Below are positions 12,701-22,648 of a DNA stretch of 63,803 nucleotides, in pieces. Within the stretch, counting starts at the first letter, position 1, and each line of letters starts with the position of its first letter. Both the position numbers and the translations under genes were made by a program. Origin of the DNA: Phoronis australis (Eukaryota; Animalia; Phoronida); the NCBI GenBank assembly GCA_002633005.1, contig NMRA01000661.1:62001-125803 (forward strand). Direction: 5' to 3'. Under the pieces are notes generated by a model. It was not told where the DNA came from, made no database searches, and worked only from the letters and a program-made list of their open reading frames with translations.

Positions 12701-15700
12701 GCCTCTGTTCTGGATCTGAAGGGACTGCGGTCATAACCGTAAGGTACGATTCATATTCCTCCGGAGCCAAGTCATGCAGAAATTTTTGGTACATCTTGCC
12801 CTCCAAAACGTTAGCAAGAAGTTCGTGAACTCGAGTGAACCTGCTGTAGAATTTTCCTTTAATGAAGCCCATCGTAGACCTTTCTGCCAAGATACCAATT
12901 TCTGAAAGTAGGAACTCTACGCCACTTCCATTTATCATGGTTCCCACGGCTCCATAAAAAGCCAGCTCCGTATGAAAATTGCCGAGCATTATGAGCAGCT
13001 TATCAAGCACTGGTCTTTCATGTTCTTGTATTGCTTAGGCTTTTAAAGCAAATGCCAAGCCATGTGTGACAACTGCGTAGTCTTGCCCTGTCTCTCTGGC
13101 TACATTCATTTGCGGATCATAGTTTCTTTGACAACATCGTTGTTGGCTGGTGATTTTGAAATGGGTCCATGTAAAAGATCCTTTGAAGAGGCAATGGGTC
13201 CCGTATGTATCTGCTCATAAATGCAGTGGAGTGTTACCTTCCATTAGTTTCAAAAACCAGCAGAGATCCAACAAGTTGAGCTGTATGTTCTTGCAGTTTA
13301 CTTCAGTGCCTCTGAGAAGATTTTCACGTGTTTGGGCAGAGTTTAAGTTGATACTTGAAAAAGTAACATCCTTAAGAAATTTTCTGAAGGGCCGCACTTC
13401 CCACTCTACCCCCACAAGCTGTCGACGATTCCTTCCTTCTCGAAACAACAGTGCAGCAGAAGCGTCTTCCTTTTATTCTTCCACCACATTCTGGTAGCTA
13501 TGACCAACAGTTGCGTGCAGTGTTGACATGCTATCTAATGTTTCGACGTGTGCCTCATTATTATCCCAAACAGAGGCAGTGGCTAGATTTAGAAGGCGTC
13601 GATTACCATCCGGTGCTTCGCTTTCATACGACTCTATGAAATACGCACTCAGTCTCAAGGGTTTTGCTTTCTTTGTAGCCCATGGAATGTCCTGCTCTGT
13701 TAAGAATCTGCAAAGACAGTTTTGAACCTGTCAGAGACGACAGACCGAGTCCCAGGGACGTGTGTTTCCACGGCCTCACATTACCACGGCTAACGTTGTA
13801 AATGGCGGCAGATGCCATTGTGGTCACTTTGCAGTCAATGGATTCTCTCTGAGAGTTTTATGTTGTAATGCCACCGAGAAGTGTTCGGTAGAACAGTTCA
13901 AGTTGCTGCAGTATCTTTGGTGCACATGATTTCAAATTCTGCACTGCTGTTGGAATAGGTGTCTTTGACTTAAGCAGTTGCAAGATTTGAGACCGAAGAT
14001 GAAGAGCAGTCCATCTCAGTTTGTCATTTTGGTAGTTTTCTTCAGTTTCACCTTGCTGCTGAACTAATGCATCTTCTTCTGTTACAGCGGAGCTGAAAAT
14101 AAAGTTGCCTTTCCGTTGATTTGACAATCTCACTTGAATTCTGTGTCCAAATTGGTCTTTGATCTTCTTAAGGAGATTCTGAGTTGTGTATGCTGAGACA
14201 CCCGCTTCTGTCCCACCATTACTTACGTACTCTTTTTTGTACAAATCTAGCAAAGTAGAGAGAAGTATTGAGCCCTTATCATCGTTCTTTGGGAGGGTAC
14301 TGCAACATCTTGTAACAATACAAGCCATTTTACTAGGAGTTGTGTCGTCAACTGACGGTCCATCTCTAGGCCGTTTAACAGCAGTGTAATTTCTGTGGCA
14401 CGATGGGTGATAGTGAAGATATATTTCTGTTTCACTAGCTTCCGCTATTCTTTGCGTAACAAGGGGGTATTTGTCACATTTTAATTTTTTTACGTAGAGT
14501 AGTGACGTTCTTCAGTGTTGACGAAGTGTTTTCGTTGAAAGTTTTTAGCTTACTGTCCTCGCCGGTTGATGTTTGGCAGATGAAGCAGCATACATAACCT
14601 TCGCTGTCAAGAACCTGCAATGAAAAACGTTTATTTGGTTTAAGTTGTCTTGCTTGTTTTCTTTATACATATGCCAGTGTCATTTTGCCCTAAAGAACGA
14701 AACATGGTCTCCCCACTGTTCCCCTGTCGCTACAATCCCCGTTCCTCTGTTCCTCAACCAATATTCCGCTGCCCAATGTTCCTCGTCCCCATGTTACCCC
14801 ATCCCGACGTTACCCTGGTCCTACAGTATCGGTTTACGTTAATTCAACTTCTGCGTTTAAAGGGAGCATTTGCTTACAGAAAAGCAAGTAAAGCAATTTA
14901 TTGATAATTACAGACCAACCCAAGTTGTTTATAGATAAAATCGCATCTTGATAATGTTTATGATTGACCAGAATCCTAGCGCTTTTCAGTCGCAAGATCT
15001 CTAAATCAAGTAATCATTACAAGGAATTAATTTCCCATATACATAAAATGGATGCGGGTGAGGGAACATGGGGGCAGGGGAACATAGGGACATCTGCACT
15101 GGGAAAACAGGATTTGGGGGAGAATAGGGGGTCGGGAGAGGATCGGCGCTAGGAAACATAGGGCCGAGAAAATAACAGTTGCGGAATATTGAGACGAGGT
15201 AACTCAGGGACCGGAAAACATCGATACGGACCCAGCGAAACGACCGTCAAAACGTACAGAGCTTTCATTAAATAGAGAAAACTAAAAGTTCATTACCTGC
15301 TGATCATTTACAGTGAGTGTGCTGCTTGAGGCTTGAAGCGAGTCTTTCAATCCGGGATCCTGTTCATTTGCATCGTCTGAATCCATTATTCAAGGTGGGG
15401 GTTAATTGTCCTAAAGATATTCATAAGAAGTTGGAATTACGCGTAGTGCTGTCAGAAATGTTAAAACATTGCTCAAAATAACGTTTTCATCCCTTTCCCT
15501 ACAGTATTGGCAAATTATTTATGGATTATATAAAACAAGCATTTGTTGATTCGTGTTTCAAATTAACAGAAAGAGGAGTAGTCATAAGCGACAACAACGC
15601 ACAGACCTTGGTTGTATTTACAAGCCAAAATTCCATTACCAGGATGCCGGCAATGAACAGAAAATTTTGCATTAGCTATGCTACAGACATTCAGTCGGTA

Positions 15701-18700
15701 TCATATGCAAAAACCGAAGTCGTGCCAAACATTTCGTCATGTATTTGAATCCGTTGTGCATACGCACGTATCTGAATACATGTAAATAATAGCGACGCGG
15801 AACCTCTAGAATGTAGCGAGGGGGTCAACAACAGTTTTCGAAGGAGAAACAACCGTTTGTCACAAAAGATGGCCATTTTGGTCGTGCTTACCGCGCATGG
15901 TTTCCCCCTTAAGTTACGCACGTTTTGATTAACAACTATTCCTTTTATCTTCACTGTGCATGTCACAGGGCACATGTGAAGGTCGATTTACCAAGAAAAT
16001 AGCGTGGGCCTATGACGGGCTTTCTAATTGTAATCCACCTGTTTGAAATCACGCTAGGCCTACTACTTGGCAGTCAACACTCATGAACAATTATATTGGA
16101 AAACTACTCACCGATAATTGTCAAGAATATCCCGAAACCTCCGTTGATTTCAGCTTTCAACGCCCATGTCAAATAGCTCCGCGTGGTTAAGCACGTGTTC
16201 CACGGAAATGACGGTAGTTGGTGCGCATACATAATGCAGACGGCAGCAACAGACGCCATTTCGATTATTCCTCGTTGTAAGAGTTACATCAAATGAGAAG
16301 TGGATTTAGGTAAAATTCGTCCGAAAACAGGGGAACGCAGTTTAGACTGGTAAAATGGGACGGATTTTAGGTTCTGTTTTTAATTGTGAATTAGAATGTA
16401 TCATGTGGAGTATTCCGTTGTTGTTGCGTAGACTTGTGAAGTCGATCTAACCGATCAGGCGCGATTTTTCATGCCCTGACATAAACTTGCAGACAAAAAT
16501 CTCTCACCTTATGTAAAAAGTTCTTGGTTCCTCAACTTGGTGCTTATTCAGCGTAAATGGGCTTATAATGAATTTTGTTTCTACTCCTGCCGTCTTGCTG
16601 TTGCACCATGTACAGTGATGCTGAACATCGTGCAATTGGTTATCAAACAGTTACCTGATGGGTTGATCTATCTCAACTCGGGTATTTGGACGTGACTGGC
16701 GGGGCTAACCCACCATTAGATTTGTCTGGCAGTGCCTATTCGTGATACCTGGGGCTACGGTGAATATTTTACAACTGGTTTCGTGCGGTTACCTCTTGGA
16801 TTGATCCAGCTCAATTTTAGCCCTTTTTGATAATCGTCTGGCAAGGGCACCCCACCGCAGAAATTGTCTGGTATCTAACATTTGTGCCATGTTCAATAAC
16901 GTAGAAAATATATCTGAAACTAAATAAGGCGATCCAGATCCTCCCAAGGATACTATTGTTTCGTGAAATGAAGAATATAAATCGGTAAATAAAACAACAA
17001 GAATGGATCAACTGAAATTTGAAATTTTCGGAGGTAACAACTTCCTTTATCAACAAAAACAGATAAAGGAAGTTGTTACCTCCGAAAATTTCAAATTTCA
17101 GTTGATCCATTCTTGTTGCCATGTTCAGTAATGCTGAACATAGTGCAATTGGTTTCAAACGATTACCTGATGGGTTGATCTAGCTCAATTCTGGTATTTG
17201 GGCGTGTCTGGCGGGGGGAAACCCTCCTCTAGATTTGTCTGGCAGCATTCATTCGTGATACCTTAGCTTACGGTGAATATTTTGCGACTGGTTTCAAGCG
17301 GTTACCTCTTGGATTGATCTAGCTCAAATTTTGTACCCTGTATATGTTCGTCTGGCGGGTAGTCCCCACCACTGAAATCTGGCAGTGTCCAATTTTGGTA
17401 CAGTGGATTACGTAGTAGGTATCCAAGGCAGTTTGAAGTAGTTACCAGAAAAGTTGATCTAGGTCAATTTTTGAGTGTCATTCTCTTGACTCCCCTCGCC
17501 ACACCCACCAGAGCGAACCTGCCAGACGGCCACTTCCAAGCATCAGGATACCCATAGAGAACTGTGGCACCAAAGAAAATTGGTTACCTTGTCATGCCCA
17601 AAAAAGCTCTGGGGTCCCTGCCTAATATGACAGAGAAAATTTAGCAAGCCTATAATTTTCAGTATTGTCAGACACAATTTCACTGAAAATCATAATATCA
17701 TACGGCTACTCCACTACACGAAGTCCCGGCTTCCGATAACGTGAAGTCGTTGCAGGGATTCCATGCATACTTGTCTGAACCACCGGTTATGTCTTTGAAC
17801 CTGGAACATATAGGAGACAGGACATTCTTAGAACTCATAAGTCGAGCGCATTCAGTTGCAACAAAAGTTTTAAGACGGCCTACCCACCAAATTAAGGTAA
17901 TATGTCGAACATAAATGTCACGACTGTGTAGCTAACTTGTCTACAAAACCATGGATTTTAAGTCAGAAAAATATATTTTCTGAGAAGTAGAAAGCATATA
18001 GATACGAGTTTGATTTGTCATTATTTCTTTATCATCATCAATTAATTGGGTCGCCTAACCGTTTTTCTTTTTAGTAATAGTTAGCATTAACAAAATGTAA
18101 AGCAACGATATTCACAAAACAATCACGTTTTAAGGTAAAATTTAAAAAGACTGTGAGAGTTTCCTAAAATATCATTTCGCACACGCCAAAACGCGAATCA
18201 TGTGGTTAAAAAGACCGGGAAAATAAGGCATTGGAGAGGCCCATTGGGCATTAATGCGCGTTACACGGGAATACAAAACTATTTACCGAATTTCTTGAAA
18301 ATTCGCCAAGGAAATCCAATTATTAAGAAGCATATCTAAAATGCCATTAGGAGGCACGGTGGTAGCCAAAACGGGTGCACCTAAAAGCAATTTGATGTAT
18401 CGGCCTATGCAGAGACATTACCTGGGCTTATATGCGAAATTTAGGCGCAAGCAACAATAAAAAGCGGCAAAGAAATGCATGGATGCAGATATACGCCAAT
18501 GGTCCTAAGGCGCGGCAAAGAGAATCCTGCACGAGTCTCAGGTTTATGACATGGGCATAAAACCGAGACGAGTGTAGAAACGATTTTTTTTGCTGAAAAA
18601 CTCGACTTTCCCAAAATTTTCAACCACACGACGCAACTTTTGTAAAAACACGCTTGTGCAATGTAAAGTAATTCAGTTACTTTTTGTTATTAGTTTTATT

Positions 18701-19689
18701 TTAGGCTTAACAGTTGTAAATTGCATTTAGTTTTCGTAGCAAATATTCAAGTTAGACTCTACTAAATAGACTTCGAAGTTGTAATATTGAAACTTAAAAA
18801 TATCTATAAATAACAATCAGCAACGCTTCCTCGCGCGTGAGCACTGAATTGGCCTTCACACGTAGGCTTACAGCACAGCCGGCTAGACAGTCTCGCCGCG
18901 TTTTTTGAGTTGGGGCTCGTATCCGTTTAAATGAAAGTGGATATGGAATTCACCGACGATGATGATCTGTTTAAGAAGTACGTACTCCTTCCGACTGGCG
19001 CGCGTTTGGTTGTTTTAGTGTTTTGCAGACGATAAAATGTAAGGCATATGGATTTTTACTTTGCACTACTTTGTGATTTCCCCAGGTAGGCCTAATACCA
19101 AAAAATACGTACTCGGTACTGTTATTAACCAGTCGTGTCGTAACACATTCCAGGTCATGAGAGAAAGTATAATCTCACTGCCGCGTATGATGGCCGCGCT
19201 TTTGTTGATTGTGAGTGCTATAGGCCTACCCATCAGGCTAGTCAACTCTTGCCGACGACTCACAGTCAGGAACTTGTCGGTTTGCGGCGAAGCCGACTGC
19301 GCGTTATAGTCTGGAACGATGTTACGAGTCTATTTCGGCCGCCAACAACGTTATGTACATTGTAAATGTACGAGCTACAGTACCGATACCACATGTATGG
19401 GCTTATATGATAAAACTGCTTCTTCGAAATACTGCCAACTCAAGCCGATTGTCTACGTTGCGTCGGTCACTGTATCTCTTGCAGGTTTGTAAAAGCTTGA
19501 TCAGTAACTATACCTTGGGGTGTTGTCGGTCTTAGCTAAAGGACTCAGATCTATAATTTTCCCGTCCTTCGTGCGGCACTTGCAACTAGACTCTTTCGTG
19601 CAATCAATTGACTGTTTGCTGTGAGCAAAACGTAATCCCGTAATCACCAGAACTAAGCAGGGCACTAACTCCGTGTTTAACCGCATCAT
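659..19689 (-). CDS. Cation-dependent mannose-6-phosphate receptor / ATG27-like type I membrane protein (MRH domain), 7 exons, about 264 aa
   Basis: Exons 19514-19689, 17704-17800, 6505-6644, 5898-5985, 5241-5347, 2638-2764, 659-718. All junctions are GT-AG, phases are compatible, total 795 nt. Translation: signal peptide, CKC..G.IIDLSPL, YAWNPC, ACQ..YFSLGTQ, LDCD, KHCCP, GLSAGSVLVIIFFSLLFVYLVGGILF (TM), GLEMIPNEQFWCGLPGLIKDG, ending YNKI*. This matches the CD-MPR/ATG27 family layout (family assignment from recall, not searched). Confidence 0.85.
2638..2764 (-). CDS. M6PR-like exon 6 (TM and juxtamembrane tail)
   Basis: ttacag|FFSLLFVYLVGGILFMKLVRNAQGLEMIPNEQFWCGLPGLIK|gtacaa; the G.E.IPN..FW..LP.L.K motif is typical of CD-MPR/ATG27. 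Confidence 0.9.
3670..4894. mobile_element. hAT-like non-autonomous element (CAG..GGCGGAT / ATCCGCCACTG ends), probably with nested insertions
   Basis: CAGGGGCGGATCTA at 3670 and TAAATCCGCCACTG ending at 4894; flanking 5-bp direct repeat GGACC. Confidence 0.55.
5241..5347 (-). CDS. M6PR-like exon 5 (end of MRH, stalk, start of TM)
   Basis: tttcag|YMTLKSKHCCPSGGTGPTPTPGGGGGLSAGSVLVI|gtaagt. Confidence 0.87.
5898..5985 (-). CDS. M6PR-like exon 4
   Basis: caccag|ASYVALDCDQTDEGSLTAKGEDPPGSAKY|gtaagc. Confidence 0.82.
6505..6644 (-). CDS. M6PR-like exon 3
   Basis: ttacag|ACQTHYDIPGSLPSYFSLGTQNTATFVNDPSRGLELQYTGSDPSTT(R)|gtaatg. Confidence 0.85.
6990..7687 (+). mobile_element. 5'-truncated non-LTR retrotransposon (RT C-terminal region and 3' UTR)
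   Basis: AYKTMVRPTLEYASTVWDPY ... FFPRTVAAWNTLP motifs with a frameshift; 3' tail GTGTGGTCACTTAAACTAAGAAAAAA; 8-bp TSD AAAAATGC (6982-6989 / 7688-7695). Confidence 0.85.
8587..8780. repeat. Two-copy tandem repeat, about 96 bp
   Basis: CTCTxACAGACCTCAAAAxTGCGCACAGCCTGGGTAGTTTGC...CTTCGCAGCAGCACAGTT duplicated. Confidence 0.85.
10034..15386 (-). pseudogene. Decayed Academ (AcademX-type) transposase + XPG/FEN1-like nuclease gene with spliceosomal introns
   Basis: Frameshifted ORF pieces carry N-terminal CxxC...YHxxC, MLGNFHTELAF..AVG.MI.GSG, ALNRPNYARW, FSRSAVDLSLEQSVNRDA, VFDGG, DHEEA(D)T, ASGTDILV, YHAFTGCDYTSAF, LLPPC..L..QIRR.QY..LW and P.DYGW. Introns 14615-15296, 10707-10872, 10403-10501. 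Multiple stops and frameshifts (e.g. an A7 run at about 14485). Confidence 0.8.
14700..15235. repeat. Old inverted-repeat MITE with C-rich/G-rich sub-repeats inside Academ intron 1
   Basis: C-rich CCCCxTGTTCC units at 14710-14820 mirrored by G-rich GGAACATxGGG units at 15055-15230; exact inverted CAATATTCCGC (14759)/GCGGAATATTG (15181). Confidence 0.6.
16603..17470. repeat. Degenerate about 139-bp tandem array (dimeric higher-order structure), interrupted by a hairpin element
   Basis: Core TTACC(TGATGGG/TCTTGGA)TTGATCTAGCTCAA recurs at about 16651, 16789, 17163, 17302 and 17442, alternating A/B types. Confidence 0.8.
16896..17116. mobile_element. Palindromic fold-back/MITE-like element, copy 1 (full left arm, truncated right arm)
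   Basis: Perfect 57-bp inverted repeat 16995-17051/17062-17118 with loop AACAAAAACA; flanked by direct repeat TGCCATGTTCA (16885-16895 and 17117-17127). Confidence 0.85.
17704..17800 (-). CDS. M6PR-like exon 2
   Basis: ttccag|..FKDITGGSDKYAWNPCNDFTLSEAGTSCSGVA|gtatga, phase 2 to 0. Confidence 0.85.
18521..19082 (+). repeat. Interspersed repeat copy homologous to 53481-54108
   Basis: Long co-linear match (TTTCAACCACACGxCGCAACTTTTGTAAAAACACGCTTG ... TTGCACTACTTTGTGATTT) between 18560-19082 and 53500-54108. Confidence 0.9.
19514..19689 (-). CDS. M6PR-like exon 1 (signal peptide, start of MRH domain)
   Basis: MMRLNTELVPCLVLVITGLRFAHSKQSIDCTKESSCKCRTKDGKIIDLSPLAKTDNTPR, donor AG|gtatag. Confidence 0.85.
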
Positions 19690-19835
19690 AACATGCTTCT
19701 CTTGTCATTCGATACAAGAAGTTTGGTTGCAAATTGTAAGATATCACCCGATGCAGAACTTTAGACTTGTCAATTACAGGAGTGTTTTTGACCTGGATCC
19801 AATGATATTTATTTCCCTGTATTGACGTTATCTTA

Positions 19836-19854
19836 TTTATAGGTCATCACATGA
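19836..19854 (-). promoter_or_regulatory. Putative core promoter of the M6PR-like gene: M-box/CLEAR-like TCATGTGA followed by TATAAA
   Basis: On the minus strand TCATGTGA (19847-19854) then TATAAA (19836-19841), about 150 bp upstream of the ATG. Confidence 0.45.
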
Positions 19855-20278
19855 TTCAGAAAAATCCATGTTAAGTATTGAATGTAGGGTGAGAGTGACA
19901 AAAAGATACTAGTGATAGACACTGGCGTAACTAGAAGTATTCGACGATCAACGGGGGGGGGAGCCTGATCCATTAGGAGAAATAATAACGTGCGCGCCGG
20001 AACACGAGTCGTCATCACGCAGATCACCAAATGTCTTCAAACGATTCGCCCCCGGTTTTATATCAATCACTGGTAGTAGCTTCATCTAGTACTTTTGTTC
20101 GAGAGCAATTTTTTGGACGGACACTCAGATTTAAATCTAGCACAAGTTACAAATTATGGGTACTGCGGATTTTGATGGTTCAAAAACGAATTACGGATTT
20201 ACAATACAGACAAATTCACCCAACGATAACACAAAAATATAGGTAGAAATAAGGTCAGTTATGAGCCAGTAAAAGTGA

Positions 20279-20710
20279 TCGGTTGCATGAAACTGTTCAG
20301 TCCCAAATAGGGACTCAACCAATTTCTCTAAATCTACTGCGTATTTGTGAAAACACCGATTGTCCTTCCTTATGCTGTTTTAGTTTCATAACGAAGTCAA
20401 CTTTTGGCTTTGATACAAATCGAGAGTGAACTTGACGTTGAATTCTCATTATCGAAAATAAATAGAAATCTTTTCATGCAACGCCCCTAATTTAGGGACT
20501 AAGTCCCTATTTATTTTCATTGAATTCAGGGCTCAGATTTTTGTTATATTGTTAGAAAATATCAATTAGTTAAACAGGAACTCATAATAAAGCTGAATTG
20601 ACATAAAAAAATTAAAAAGTTTACGTCTGTCAGTAAAGAAAGGCATAAATAGGCAAAAGATTTAGGGAACTTAGTCGAGTCCCTATTTTGGACTGTTTCA
20701 TGCAACGCGA
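20279..20710. mobile_element. PIF/Harbinger-like MITE
   Basis: TIRs GTTGCATGAAAC..CAGTCCCAAATAGGGACTC / GAGTCCCTATTTTGGACTGTTTCATGCAAC; internal TAGGGACTAAGTCCCTA palindrome. Confidence 0.7.
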
Positions 20711-21517
20711 CACAGGAGACTAAGCATTGTTGGTTCAGCCATATCGATATTCGTTTACTTTCGCAAAGTTGGAAAGTTTATTCAAAACCAAGGGATAAGG
20801 AAATGCCTCTTTTCTTAATTACAGTCTCCCAGAATCAAGATATTAAACTGTGACTAGTTTCACATTAATATCTAAAGTCTTTCAAGACCGATGTGAAAAA
20901 TTCCACGCCATTAGATAACGATGTCCGTCGCCAAAATTCGGGCGCTGATGACAAAGTAGTTACTTTGGACCTTGTTAAAAAGTTTTTTTTGTGGCGGCAA
21001 TTGACGCGGGGCAAGGATTAAAACAGCTAAAAATCGTTTTTTTATGCCATTCCAAAACACAAAGTCGGTTGAAGTTTATTTCAAGTCAAAAAAGTAAATG
21101 CTACCAAAAAATGGGCGTGTCGTTCACTCAAAAGATTTCGAAACCCTATACTTTTATGCGCATAAACTATTGTTGCCAGTTTAAGTTGAGTTGGTTACCT
21201 AAAGCTTAAACCCCTGACGGGCAGGTACATGGATTTGTGTTCGCTGAACACCTTGTACCGACGTCATGACATAGCAGTGCTATTTGTAACATGTGATTGT
21301 GTACAAGACTCGACTGGTACACCAGGGTAGACTTCAGTAACGCTAGTACCTCGTTAAAACAAGACTACGGGAGATTATGCGAGATCTTGTCGTGTATTTT
21401 AAATGCGAATTAACACGCGATTTTGGCCAGATTTTTCTACGCCAGCTCAAAACCATAACTGAAAATCAATAATTTGCAGTATAACTTTATTTATTGGCAA
21501 GGCAGTGCCTAAATAGT

Positions 21518-21764
21518 GAATATAAATCGGTAAATAAAACAACAAGAATGGATCAACTGAATTTTGAAATTTTCGGATGTAACAACTTCCTTTATCAACA
21601 AAAACAGAAATAAAGGAAGTTGTTACATCCGAAAATTTCAAATTTCAGTTGATCCATTCTTGTTGTTTTATTTACCGATTTATATTCTTCATTTCATGAA
21701 ACAATAGTATCCTTGGGAGGATCTGGATCGCCTTATTTAGTTTCAGATATATTTTCTACATTAT
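21518..21764. mobile_element. Palindromic fold-back/MITE-like element, copy 2 (truncated left arm, full right arm)
   Basis: 78-bp inverted repeat 21518-21595/21610-21687 with one mismatch; the right extension to 21764 is the reverse complement of copy 1's left arm. Confidence 0.85.
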
Positions 21765-22404
21765 AATAAATAGAAAACGCATTTGCACGTGAAGAAGCAC
21801 GATTGGTCCTACAAACATGTGTTGCATTGTGGGTAAATACCAGTGAGTGTGATGCAATGCTATTTCAGATGGCCCAATGACTTCACTTTGCAAATACAAG
21901 CAAAAGAAACATTATTAATGACAAGAAAGTAACTAGTACTCAATTGCATTCGAGGTGTTATGATTGTTGACAAAAGTAATTAAATAACTTATGACAGTTC
22001 ATAATTCATAAATTGAGCATGTGGTTTCAAATTACATCCACTGCATGCAAGCCCCTTTTTGACCTGTGCTCAAGACAAATTTCAGAAAGCACAATTGTTA
22101 ATCTTGACTGAAACTTTTTCCGACATGCAAGGATACACAACAAAATACAAGCACAATTCCAAAAGCCCTGTTCATCAGAAGCACAGTCAAACATTTAATA
22201 AATAGCCAAATAGTACACAACTGTGTACAAGCACAAAAATTTGAAAAATACGCTCGCCCTTCTTATACTAACTTTCTATGACAGACAATAACATAATTAT
22301 CCAAAAATGATAACATACGCCAGTTCAAAATTTACAGCTTGCACAAACAGTTCCAATCAGTCACAAATGAGATTTCGACAAGATTTGGATAAGAAATGTA
22401 CTCA

Positions 22405-22648
22405 TTAGGTCGAAGGTGGTTCAGGTACAGTCATGTTCTGGGTATTTTCTTCAACATCACAGAACCTATAGAAGTAGGGAAGGTTGTAGAACTGGTGCTC
22501 GTCTGTCACATGGTGAATAACCCTGCCAAGAACCAGTTGCTGCCCGTAGATGACAGCCTCAGTAGAGTCTGAAGCCAGGCCAACGTCTTGTAGCCAGGTC
22601 ACCAGATCAGTACCGGTAAATACATTCTTGTACACGCGTAGGCGGTAC
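22405..22648 (-). CDS. GPR155: GPR155 last coding exon (DEP domain)
   Basis: YRLRVYKNVFTGTDLVTWLQDVGLASDSTEAVIYGQQLVLGRVIHHVTDEHQFYNLPYFYRF, a canonical DEP pattern. Confidence 0.95.

Larger units (their letters stand above)
9500..17624 (-). mobile_element. Approximate extent of the Academ-like DNA transposon in intron 2 of the M6PR-like gene
   Basis: Coding remnant plus a subterminal tandem array, ending near ...GGGGTCCCTGCCTA (17624; Academ ends are TAG..CTA). A matching left TIR was not found, so boundaries are uncertain. Confidence 0.45.

Noticed and set aside
16817-17158. 113-aa ORF, and the similar ORF at 21447-21641
   Set aside because: Artefacts of the palindromic element; no protein motifs
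16603-17470. Repeat array considered as CRISPR-like
   Set aside because: Eukaryotic context, inter-core sequences are homologous rather than unique spacers, and no cas genes
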